The notes below the pieces were generated by a model, which was not told where the DNA came from, ran no database searches, and worked only from the letters and a program-made list of their open reading frames with translations. A program made the position numbers and the translations under genes. Below, piece after piece: positions 1 to 8,405 of a DNA stretch of 35,217 nt; position 1 is the first letter of the stretch, and the number at the start of each line of letters is the position of its first letter. The DNA comes from an uncultured Oligoflexus sp. (GTDB lineage: Bacteria; Bdellovibrionota_B; Oligoflexia; Oligoflexales; Oligoflexaceae), in the NCBI GenBank assembly GCA_964236955.1, contig CAXSGP010000048.1:1-35217 (forward strand), written 5' to 3'.

Positions 1-407
1 CCGTGGGAAAGCTCCGAGAGTTTTTGCTGCTGCACATCCAGGAGATTGGTTTGGCCCAGGGCCTGGTCCACATGCTCACGGACCCGAAGCCGCGCCACGC
101 CCTTCAGTTTCGCTACAAATTCTAAATACTGGCGAATCGACATCTCGTCATAGAGCGGTGGGGTATCAGGCAGATAACCAATATGTTTGCGCACCTCTTC
201 CGCTTGGTCCTGTACGGAAAAACCAGCTATAAAGGCCTCGCCTTCCGTCGCGGGAAGGAGGGTGCCCAAGGTCTTCAGAATGGTGCTTTTACCGGCCCCG
301 TTCAAACCCAAAAGCCCGACGATCTCACCTTCCCTTATCGAGAAGCTGAGACAGTCGACCGCCTTTTTTTCACCATAAGATTTGGTGATCGAACGCACTT
401 CAATCAT
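1..407 (-). CDS. ABC transporter ATP-binding protein (ABC-2/GldA-like); runs off the window start
   Basis: Not in the ORF track. Manual translation from ATG 407: MIEVRSITKSYGEKKAVDCLSFSIREGEIVGLLGLNGAGKSTILK...IGYLPDTPPLYDEM; Walker A GLNGAGKS; AAGGA upstream. Confidence 0.9.
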   Translation of the reverse strand, partial: MIEVRSITKSYGEKKAVDCLSFSIREGEIVGLLGLNGAGKSTILKTLGTLLPATEGEAFIAGFSVQDQAEEVRKHIGYLPDTPPLYDEMSIRQYLEFVAKLKGVARLRVREHVDQALGQTNLLDVQQQKLSELSH

Positions 408-532
408 GGGTTGCTGTCCTTGCCAATCACTGGGCTGTTAACTCTACGAAGATAACAAAGTCGCGCTTCATTGCAAGGCTGCAAAGTTGACTGACTTAGG
501 AAGCACAAGGCCTTTCCCTTAAAAAAGAGGGT

Positions 533-2185
533 TCACTTGCGCCCAGCTTTGATTTGCGAGGCAAGGAGCGGCGGTAGATTTTTGGCGAATTGATCCCTGT
601 TGATTTGGTAGCCTTGAATGCTCAGGCTCGTGAGGCCAGGCAATAGATCCCAGGCTATGCAGTTAAGCTCATCCTGAGGCAGGGACAAAGTGGAACGAAG
701 AATGAGTGACTTTAGATTAGGCAATGGCGTCTTGGGCCAATCGGTCTGATCACAACTGAGCTCTTGGATCTGGAGAGTTTGGAGGACGGGCAGACCCTCC
801 TCGCGTAGCCAGGAACTGGGAACCTTGCCAAGAGGCGACGCGATGGACAGAGTTTGAAGGCTTGGAAAGCGTGTCCAATCGATCTCGTTCATTTGCAAGG
901 AGCTAAGCTGGCTGAGGCGAAGCGTCTCAACTGAAGAGGAAGCCAATTCCCGCCAGGCAAGCGTGCCCTCCTCGGCATGGGGCATGGCACGGCCTATTAT
1001 GGACAAGGACTTTAGTTTGGACAAAGTTTCCAGCACGGGAAGACCTTGGTAGCTTCTCGCCAGGAAGGTGAGATCCTTTAAGTTCTTAAGCGCCGCAAGG
1101 GGCCTTAGATCGGCAATCGGTATCGATTGATAGGGAAATCCCAGAGCCAAACTTTTAAGCTCGGTCACCTTGTCCACCCATTCTTGACCGCCATCCTGAA
1201 AGATCATGGGAATTTGATCGCTGGTTATTTGCAATTGAAATTCCAATACGATCTGCTCAAGGAGCTTATGCACCGTCGTCCAGCTCGAATCCATTGCTAG
1301 GGGTTTTTCAAACCAATCCTGCCAGTTGGAGTAGACCTTTGAAGCCGGGGATTTTCCTGTTAGAAATTCAAGGCTTAACATATTCGAGGCGGGATCCACG
1401 ATCGCCAGGCGACGATGGGATGTGGATTCGATCCATTGCTGATATTCCCCGATTCGGGTCAACACACTGGTCGGCGATCCACAGGCGTTGCCGGCTCCGT
1501 TTGTAAACACCGGATCCTTGCCGGCAACAATACCGAAGAGAAGACTTTGGCCGTTGCGTTCGACGAAGGCTGGACCGCCGGAGTCGCCGGGGCAAGTCCC
1601 GCTGTTGCTGCCCTGCTCGGTGCTGTCGACGACCGCGAGGTTGATCATATGAGTTGACGACCACGATCTTTTGAGCTTAACGGCAACCTGCACCAGGCGA
1701 CAGATCTGATCCTGAGGATGGCAAGGCGTATCACTGGAAGTACCGATTAATTTCATGGCACTGTCGACCGCAAGGTTATTGGTGTTGCCTAAAACAGGGA
1801 CGGCTTCGTAGGGAAGGGGGGCCGGCGCGCTTAGGCGCAACCAAGCGATGTCAAAGTTCGGGAAATAGAGCAGGCTATCCGGCCTGAGTTTTTGAAATGC
1901 GGCAACCGAGCGGATTTTGTCCCCCTGTCCCAGAGGAAAAACAATGCTTAGATCAGCAGCATTTGCAGCGCTTACACAATGGGCAGCCGTGAGAACCAAA
2001 TCGTTTGCTACCAGCACCCCAGTGCAATAGGACAGTCCTTGAAAGGCAATACGAACCACGCTGAGCTGTCCGCTGGCAGGTGATGATCCCCCGCTGAGGG
2101 AAGGACTGCTGCGTTCGCTTGGCAACCCACACGCAACCAGGCTGAGCGCAAAAAGAGCAAACCCTATGTAATGGTGCAATCTCAA
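533..2185 (-). CDS. Trypsin-like (S1) serine protease lipoprotein with C-terminal leucine-rich-repeat-like region
   Basis: Lipobox LSLVAC; catalytic motifs LTAAHC, FDIAWLRL, CPGDSGGP; repeated LxxLxxLxL units in the C-terminal half (LKNLKDLTF, LSKLKSLSI, LPNLKSLIL); TTG start. Confidence 0.85.
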   Translation of the reverse strand: MRLHHYIGFALFALSLVACGLPSERSSPSLSGGSSPASGQLSVVRIAFQGLSYCTGVLVANDLVLTAAHCVSAANAADLSIVFPLGQGDKIRSVAAFQKLRPDSLLYFPNFDIAWLRLSAPAPLPYEAVPVLGNTNNLAVDSAMKLIGTSSDTPCHPQDQICRLVQVAVKLKRSWSSTHMINLAVVDSTEQGSNSGTCPGDSGGPAFVERNGQSLLFGIVAGKDPVFTNGAGNACGSPTSVLTRIGEYQQWIESTSHRRLAIVDPASNMLSLEFLTGKSPASKVYSNWQDWFEKPLAMDSSWTTVHKLLEQIVLEFQLQITSDQIPMIFQDGGQEWVDKVTELKSLALGFPYQSIPIADLRPLAALKNLKDLTFLARSYQGLPVLETLSKLKSLSIIGRAMPHAEEGTLAWRELASSSVETLRLSQLSSLQMNEIDWTRFPSLQTLSIASPLGKVPSSWLREEGLPVLQTLQIQELSCDQTDWPKTPLPNLKSLILRSTLSLPQDELNCIAWDLLPGLTSLSIQGYQINRDQFAKNLPPLLASQIKAGRK

Positions 2186-2523
2186 TCCATTTGCTCCGTC
2201 ATTCGAACCGGGATGGGACAGCAGCTCATATGTTTTATAGGGGCTTGCGTCAATATGATTCGTTCAGTTTAATCAAATAAGTAAGCTATTCTTTAGGGGC
2301 TTCCGGAAAATCGATCGTCAGCTCCTTCAAAAGCCCATTAAGATAGTCTAAGATCTTGTTTTAAAAGACTAACTCATAAGGTCATTGCAAGAACCGTGCA
2401 CAGCTTGCAGCCAATCAGGGTATCTTCTTTAGGAACCTGCCAAGGTCCCATGATTGCAGAGGTTTTTTCGAAGCGCTAACTATCAATTCGAAATTATGGC
2501 TTATTGAGGCACAGTGGGTCTTC

Positions 2524-3585
2524 GTGAGTCTTTGTGGGTCTCAGAAGATACTCGCTTTTGCTGCATTGGAGATCGCCTTGAGTTCCCGTCCGCACGCCTA
2601 CTCTAAGATACTCTTGCTGAGTCTGGCCTTCTTTATCTTTTCCTTTGGCATGGCCTGGTCATTGGGAGGCGCTCCCCTTTATCCTTGGCAGCTTCTGAAA
2701 TCCGACGACATGGAATTGACTCATCATATTCTTTTGTCAATCCGCCTTCCCCGTATTGCCTGCGCTTGTCTGGTTGGTGCGGCAATCTCGGTTGCCGGTA
2801 TGCTTACCCAAGGACTCTTTCGCAATCCACTTGCCAGTCCCGATGTGATAGGGATCAGCAGCGGTGGCTCTTTTGGAGCGATCCTCGGCTTTTCCCTGGG
2901 CCTCAATACTGTTGGGATTTGGACCCTTCCCCTTTTTGCCTTTGTCGGTTGCCTCATCACGACACTGCTCGTGCTCGCCCTGGCACGCTCAGCGAATTTT
3001 GCAGCGGTTGAGGATTTGCTCCTGGTTGGATTTGCAATCAGCGCCATCCTCAGTGCGTTGAGTTCTTTCGTCCTTTCGCTTTCGCTCAAAGACTTTGATA
3101 AAGCGCCGGCCATGATGAACTGGCTATTGGGAACTTTGAGCGGTAAGACCTGGGGGCATGTCAATATCGGGCTCATACCGATAATCCTGGGCCTCCTGGC
3201 GAGCATTCGGATCAGCTACCAGTTAAACGTGTTGAGCCTGGGTAGCGACGTCGCGCAGACTCTCGGCTTAAAACTGCGTCGGCTGCGCATTCAAACCATT
3301 ATTGTGATGTCAACCCTGGTGGCGACTTCGGTTTCCATTGGCGGCATCCTGCCTTTTCTAGGGCTGATCGTGCCTCATTTTTCCAGGCTGCTGGTTGGTC
3401 CTGATCATAAAAAGCTTCTGGTCATTTCAGCGATCAATGGCATGAGCCTTCTGCTCTTGGCAGATCTTGCCGCCCGTACCCTCCTAGCGCCGAGCGAAAT
3501 TCAGGTGGGCGTGCTCATCTCGCTCTTCGGCTCGCCCTTTTTTCTCTTGATGCTCTATAAACGTCGCAGGAGCCATGATCTATGA
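2524..3585 (+). CDS. FecCD/BtuC-family iron-chelate or cobalamin ABC permease
   Basis: IRLPRIACA, QGLFRNPLASPDVIGISSG, GLIVPHFSR, GSPFFL motifs; multiple TM helices. True start may be the TTG near 2578. Confidence 0.9.
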   Translation: MSLCGSQKILAFAALEIALSSRPHAYSKILLLSLAFFIFSFGMAWSLGGAPLYPWQLLKSDDMELTHHILLSIRLPRIACACLVGAAISVAGMLTQGLFRNPLASPDVIGISSGGSFGAILGFSLGLNTVGIWTLPLFAFVGCLITTLLVLALARSANFAAVEDLLLVGFAISAILSALSSFVLSLSLKDFDKAPAMMNWLLGTLSGKTWGHVNIGLIPIILGLLASIRISYQLNVLSLGSDVAQTLGLKLRRLRIQTIIVMSTLVATSVSIGGILPFLGLIVPHFSRLLVGPDHKKLLVISAINGMSLLLLADLAARTLLAPSEIQVGVLISLFGSPFFLLMLYKRRRSHDL

Positions 3586-4313
3586 AGATCGACACGATTT
3601 CCTTAAGACTCGATTCAAAGCTTCTTTTGGATCGAGTGAGCTTTGAAGTTCCTGAAGCCTCGCTGTTTGCCATATTGGGGCCGAACGGGGCCGGCAAGAC
3701 TTTATTATTAAGGTGCCTGGCCGGCCTTTTAAAACCGACATCGGGAACAATTACCGGCGCGCCGAGCCCTTTGGTGTGGGTCCCTTTAAGTCAAGCCCTA
3801 CCCTTTGGATTTCTCGTTCGCGAGCTCGTCCTCATGGGACGTTATGCCCTGCATCAGGGCTTCGCGCAGACCAGAGATCATGAAAAGACCGAGGCGGCGA
3901 TTCACGCCGTGGGCATCGAGGAATATGCATCACGCCGCTACAATTCGCTGAGTCGCGGCGAGCAGACCAAGGTCGATATCGCCAGGGCCATCGCGTCGGA
4001 AGCCAAGCTTATTTTATTGGATGAACCCTTTTCCAATCTTGATATCGATGCCGTCCTGCAGATGACAAAGCTCTTCAAATCGCTACAAAATACGGGAAAA
4101 ACTCTCATTTTTTCCCACCATGACCTCTTTACGGTAAGTGGCCTGGCCTCGCATGGCCTGCTCCTGAAAAAGGGCAGGGTTTTGATTAAGGGCCATTTGC
4201 ATGAGGTGTTTAAGGCGCCGGCGATTGAGGAAGCTTACAATGTTCATGCTTGTTTTCATGAACATGAAGGTCATGCGTTTGTGCGTTTTCAAAGCCCCGG
4301 GACTGGTGACTAA
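3582..4313 (+). CDS. FecE/BtuD-type ABC ATP-binding protein
   Basis: GPNGAGKT, LSRGEQ signature, LILLDEP, SHHD; 4-bp overlap with the permease stop. Confidence 0.9.
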   Translation: MKIDTISLRLDSKLLLDRVSFEVPEASLFAILGPNGAGKTLLLRCLAGLLKPTSGTITGAPSPLVWVPLSQALPFGFLVRELVLMGRYALHQGFAQTRDHEKTEAAIHAVGIEEYASRRYNSLSRGEQTKVDIARAIASEAKLILLDEPFSNLDIDAVLQMTKLFKSLQNTGKTLIFSHHDLFTVSGLASHGLLLKKGRVLIKGHLHEVFKAPAIEEAYNVHACFHEHEGHAFVRFQSPGTGD

Positions 4314-4344
4314 CACATGGTCTCGAAGCCTTTCCTCCGGGGAA

Positions 4345-5151
4345 CTAGGCTTTACCCAATTCCACAGAACGATTTGTCGCCTTTTCCACCGCGCTAACAA
4401 ACATGGAGCGCAGGCCTCGCTCCTCCAGCTCATGCAGGGCTGAGATCGTGGTTCCTGCCGGCGTGGTCACCTGGTCTTTAAGAATGGCCGGGTGAAGACC
4501 GGTCTCCTTGACCATCGCCGCGGCACCTAATACGGTTTGCGTGGCTAGTTTCAAAGCAAGATCGCGCGGCATACCCATCTTGAGCCCACCATCCGCAAGT
4601 GCTTCTATCACCATATAAATGTAGGCTGGGCCGCTGCCTGACAGGCCGGTGACCGTATCCATCAGCGATTCCTTGGTCCAAAAGGCTTCACCCACACCTT
4701 TGAAGATAATTTCGGCGATATCCCGCTGTTCAGACGAGCACACAGGATTGGCAACCATAGCGGTCGCCGCTTGGGCGATAACGGCGGCGATATTGGGCAT
4801 GGCCCGCACCACGGGACCTTCAAACGCCAGCTCCTGGGCCACCGATTCCATCTTTTTCCCAGCGAGGATGGAAATGAGAAGGCAAGAGGGGGAAAGCCGG
4901 CCCCTTAATCCGTTGGCCACACTCTGCAGATCCTGAGGTTTGATGCAAAGTATTACGACATTTTTTTCCGACTGTACGTCTGACAAGGAACCTAACCCCG
5001 TGACACGCGAGCCCACGGCCAGCAGCTTCACCCGCTCCGGATCGACATCAAATAGCGCGAGCCCCTTGCCGTCGAGCCCTGGGGATTTCAAGAGGCCTCG
5101 GAGCAGGGCGTTGCCCATGTTGCCAAGACCGATAATCGTAATTTTCTCCAT
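4345..5151 (-). CDS. proC: Pyrroline-5-carboxylate reductase
   Basis: IGLGNMG Rossmann motif, RAMPN, GLSGSGPAY, VTTPAGTT. Confidence 0.95.
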   Translation of the reverse strand: MEKITIIGLGNMGNALLRGLLKSPGLDGKGLALFDVDPERVKLLAVGSRVTGLGSLSDVQSEKNVVILCIKPQDLQSVANGLRGRLSPSCLLISILAGKKMESVAQELAFEGPVVRAMPNIAAVIAQAATAMVANPVCSSEQRDIAEIIFKGVGEAFWTKESLMDTVTGLSGSGPAYIYMVIEALADGGLKMGMPRDLALKLATQTVLGAAAMVKETGLHPAILKDQVTTPAGTTISALHELEERGLRSMFVSAVEKATNRSVELGKA

Positions 5152-5234
5152 AGCGGCTCCCTTCTTTGATTTACCTCGTCACGGTTTCTGCTTATCCTGG
5201 TGCTATATCGTTGCCTTTTCCCTAAGGAGAATAC

Positions 5235-6119
5235 ATGTCTGCGCTGAAAAGCCTGGCAATTGTCAAGCTGCTCGCTATCGTTTCGATAGGCGACATCGTT
5301 GCTCCCAACTTATATGCCCAGACTAGCACCGCTACGAGCTTTCCAGCAAAGGCGAAAGTTCCGCCACCGAAAACGAAACCACCGGCCCGTCGCGCGCCAA
5401 GCCGATCCGCTCCTCCGGCGGTCAATCGGCCACCGGGGGCTGCACCGGCTCCAAAATTACCAGCCGAATTTTCCTCGGGTGTCCCTGACGCGGACAATTT
5501 AGGAAACACCGAAGGCCTGCAGGACAACACCATCGGCAAGGCGGCGACCCCACATCGGCATAATTTGGGATTGGTCGGAGCTGTCAGTTATTTCGGTTCG
5601 GGCGCTGGGCTGGAATACATATTTATGCTGTATCCCTTCATGAGTATCGGTACCAGCATCACGCACACCCAGGCGTCTCTGACCGACGACGCGACCGATG
5701 GAGCCTCGGAATACATAGAGGCCCAGACCAATAGCCTGAAGGTTTTTGCTCGTTTTCCCATCTTTTCCTTTCTCTATGCGGGTGCCGGGGCGAATTATAA
5801 CCTGATCAAAGGGGAATATGGTTGGAAAGGATCAGCGATTCAAGAGGGACGGCTCAAAACTGATTTTAATGCCAACATTGCCGCGCTTGATGTTTTCCTG
5901 GGCAGTGAATGGCGCCTTCCTTGGTCAACATACCTTGGAGTGGATTGGGTGGGATCGTCGTTTCCACTGGGTGGGACGATCAGTTATGATGCGAATGAGG
6001 AAGTGGAGCTTAGCTCGAAAGCTTTGAAGAATAAGACGCCGAATCAAAGGCTTGACGAAGAGACGGGTGCCCAGTTAAGGCTTTATTTTCTTAATGTTCG
6101 TTTGGGTATGACGTTTTGA
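5235..6119 (+). CDS. Putative outer-membrane beta-barrel protein with Pro/Lys-rich N-terminal linker
   Basis: Signal peptide ending LYA; Pro-rich stretch; alternating amphipathic strands; C-terminus VRLGMTF; AAGGAG RBS. Confidence 0.65.
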   Translation: MSALKSLAIVKLLAIVSIGDIVAPNLYAQTSTATSFPAKAKVPPPKTKPPARRAPSRSAPPAVNRPPGAAPAPKLPAEFSSGVPDADNLGNTEGLQDNTIGKAATPHRHNLGLVGAVSYFGSGAGLEYIFMLYPFMSIGTSITHTQASLTDDATDGASEYIEAQTNSLKVFARFPIFSFLYAGAGANYNLIKGEYGWKGSAIQEGRLKTDFNANIAALDVFLGSEWRLPWSTYLGVDWVGSSFPLGGTISYDANEEVELSSKALKNKTPNQRLDEETGAQLRLYFLNVRLGMTF

Positions 6120-6189
6120 TTTTTTGTTGGCGAGGCAGCTATAAATAAAGGCCCAGCTCAAGCGACAGGTTTCCTGAAACAGGGGGTGC

Positions 6190-6582
6190 CTATTTTGACA
6201 ATCTCGGTACCTTGAATGGGCGCTCATGGATAACAGCTTCCGCGAAGGTCAAGCAGATGATCCGGGCCATCTCAAGAGAGAAGCCGGCAACGTTAAAACC
6301 TGAACGCTGGACGAGCTGCAAAATATTCTGAAGATCTTCCTCGCCTTCCATATGCCGCTCGTAGACGTCCTCAAAAACGCCATCGATAGATAGATTCTCA
6401 CGTCCTTTCTTGCCATGATTGACCAGGGACAGCGCCCCTCTCCAAGCCTCAAGTTCCTTTTGCCAGCCGTTGACGTCCTGGCTTGAGGGCAAGGCACTCA
6501 ATTTCACAATATGAATGGCGATTTGAGGAGAAAGGTCCTTTAGTCGCTGTATGGCATCCGACCTGAAATATGCGGCATTCAA
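6190..6582 (-). CDS. Hypothetical protein, weak DUF29-like similarity
   Basis: Strong RBS AAGGAGGT just before TTG 6582 favours this start over 6621; IAIHIVKL...GWQKELEAWR resembles the DUF29 HLLK...W helix pattern. Confidence 0.55.
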   Translation of the reverse strand: MNAAYFRSDAIQRLKDLSPQIAIHIVKLSALPSSQDVNGWQKELEAWRGALSLVNHGKKGRENLSIDGVFEDVYERHMEGEEDLQNILQLVQRSGFNVAGFSLEMARIICLTFAEAVIHERPFKVPRLSK

Positions 6583-6618
6583 AAGACACCTCCTTAACCA
6601 ATGTAGTGAATAGTGGGG

Positions 6619-7058
6619 CAATGGCGCTGTATTAAGACATAACTATTGAAAATTAAAAAAGAAAAGGCCAAAATCCCTGAAAGCTTAAAACAATTCGCCA
6701 GGGGGGCCTTTTCCATATGATTCGCAAGCCTATATCTCTTCAAAAGCAAGTGAAAGAGGAAATTATCGCTGCGGCAAATAATCCCAAAGAAGCGTGGTTC
6801 TCTGTCTTTGATGGGCAAGATCTAGAGAAAGTACTAGCAGAGCACCAAGTTCCTTTTCGAGATCGGAGCTTTCCTCCTGATTTGACTTTGATGACTTTTG
6901 TCATGCAAAAGCTTAGTCCAGACAGTTCATGCCGATCAGCAGTGTTTCGCATCTCTTCTGACATGCCCTTTGCAGGGAAAAAACCCTGCTCTTTGAATCA
7001 ATGGCGCTGCATTAACAGCTAGGCTGCATGCGGCTTAGCTGTTAATGCAGCGCCATTG
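6619..7058 (+). mobile_element. Internally deleted IS4-family element remnant
   Basis: Left IR CAATGGCGCTGTATTAA at 6619-6635; inverted copy ending at 7058; encloses a transposase N-terminal fragment. Confidence 0.8.
6717..7022 (+). pseudogene. Truncated IS4-family transposase (N-terminal domain only, no DDE core)
   Basis: RDRSFPPDLTLMTFVMQKLSPDSSCRSAV...GKKPCS matches the IS4-family N-terminal pattern; the frame runs into the palindrome at 6999. Confidence 0.8.
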
Positions 7059-7059
7059 A
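6998..7059. repeat. 62-bp near-perfect palindrome made of two IS4-type terminal repeats
   Basis: Perfect 24-bp arms (6998-7021 and 7036-7059) with a 14-bp centre that is itself nearly palindromic. Confidence 0.95.
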
Positions 7060-7093
7060 ATGCTGAGCCGGTAATTTTATAAGGAAGATAACA

Positions 7094-8065
7094 ATGGATT
7101 CCAAGAAACACGATGAAGCGCAGCACAAACATGAATCAGAGGGCGGTGGAGGCCATAGCCACAGCCACAGCCATAGCCATAGCCATCTTCCCTCAGGCGG
7201 AAAAGCATTTGCTGTTGGTATAGCACTGAATGTCGCTTTCGTAATAGCAGAAGTCATTTATGGGATTTCTTCGAACTCGGTCGCTTTGGTGGCTGACGCC
7301 GCTCATAACATGGGCGATGTCCTTGGCCTGGCTATGGCTTGGGCCGCTATGATACTTGCAAAACGAAGTCCGACCGCCAATCGTACCTACGGTCTTAGGC
7401 GCTCCACGATTTTAGCTACCCTCTTTAATGCAGTGTTGCTACTTGTTGCTATAGGAGGTGTCATCTGGGAAGCCGTAAGGCGCCTGCATGAGCCAGGCTC
7501 TGTGGATGGGTACACTATAATCGTCGTAGCGGCCGTTGGTGTCGTTGTGAACGGAGTGTCGGCCCTTTTCTTCTTCAAAGGTAAAGACTCTGATGCAAAC
7601 GTTCGCGGTGCTTTTCTTCACCTCGCTGCTGATGCTGCTGTTTCAGGAGGCGTGGTAATCGGAGGCATTATAATCTTGAAAACCGGATGGCAAATCATTG
7701 ACCCCATTTTAAGTCTATTAGTCTCGGTCGTTATTCTCGTCAGCACTCTGTCACTATTTAAAGACGCCTTAAATCTTTCTCTGGATTCCGTTCCAAGTCA
7801 TATTGATTTGCAAAAGGTAAAAATGTTTTTAGCAAGTTTGCCTGGCGTCAGCGATGTTCACGATTTGCATATTTGGTCTATGAGCACGACAGAAGTTGCG
7901 TTAACTGCCCATTTAGTTACGGAATGGACCGCAGAGCCACCCCATTACCTGAAACGGTTAAGCGTAGACCTCCATGAAAAATTTGGGATTGGGCATTCAA
8001 CGGTGCAATTTGAACCGTTTGATATGGCTGAAAACTGTAAACAAGCGCCAGAGGAATCGCTTTAA
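7094..8065 (+). CDS. Cation diffusion facilitator (CzcD/ZitB-like Co/Zn/Cd exporter)
   Basis: ADAAHNMGD, AFLHLAAD, DVHDLHIW, GIGHSTVQFE; six TM helices; His-rich N-terminus. Confidence 0.92.
   Translation: MDSKKHDEAQHKHESEGGGGHSHSHSHSHSHLPSGGKAFAVGIALNVAFVIAEVIYGISSNSVALVADAAHNMGDVLGLAMAWAAMILAKRSPTANRTYGLRRSTILATLFNAVLLLVAIGGVIWEAVRRLHEPGSVDGYTIIVVAAVGVVVNGVSALFFFKGKDSDANVRGAFLHLAADAAVSGGVVIGGIIILKTGWQIIDPILSLLVSVVILVSTLSLFKDALNLSLDSVPSHIDLQKVKMFLASLPGVSDVHDLHIWSMSTTEVALTAHLVTEWTAEPPHYLKRLSVDLHEKFGIGHSTVQFEPFDMAENCKQAPEESL
7154..7186 (+). repeat. Coding hexamer repeat (CAYAGC)x5.5 encoding HSHSHSHSHSH
   Basis: catagc cacagc cacagc catagc catagc cat. Confidence 0.9.
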
Positions 8066-8405
8066 CAAAGGTTGATCTGGAACATGGACCTGCTTATTAT
8101 CTTTCCTTTATGATTCTTAGAAAGGACGCCCATAGTAGGCTGGACCTGGTTTAATGCTTCGGACCCTAAACTTCAACAGTACAGCAAGGCCCCGGCAAAC
8201 TTCAAACAAGCTCTGGCAGAATTAGCTGTGTGCCATCTATCGGATTTTGGATAAGCGTCTCGGTCGTCATCAAAAAGAAGAGGAACGGCGAGGGGCAGTT
8301 GACGGCCGGTTTCGCCAATATGAGCGGCCCTAAGCCAGGTCTATGGATCGAATCGACCTACAAAAGCCTCCCTGGTTCTTTGGGAGTTCATGTTTATCTC
8401 AAAAC

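Noticed and set aside
2386..2402. Sigma54-like site GTGCAC-N5-TTGCA on the - strand
   Set aside because: Lacks the invariant GG at -24.
2186..2523. Cobalamin riboswitch or Fur box upstream of the FecCD/BtuC permease
   Set aside because: Only an isolated GGAACCTGCC (~2432) resembles the riboswitch 3' end; the other conserved boxes are missing and no convincing Fur palindrome is present.
8114..8254. Short open frame (FLERTPIVGWTWFNASDPK...) after the CDF gene
   Set aside because: No start codon or recognisable motif; at most an unassignable remnant.
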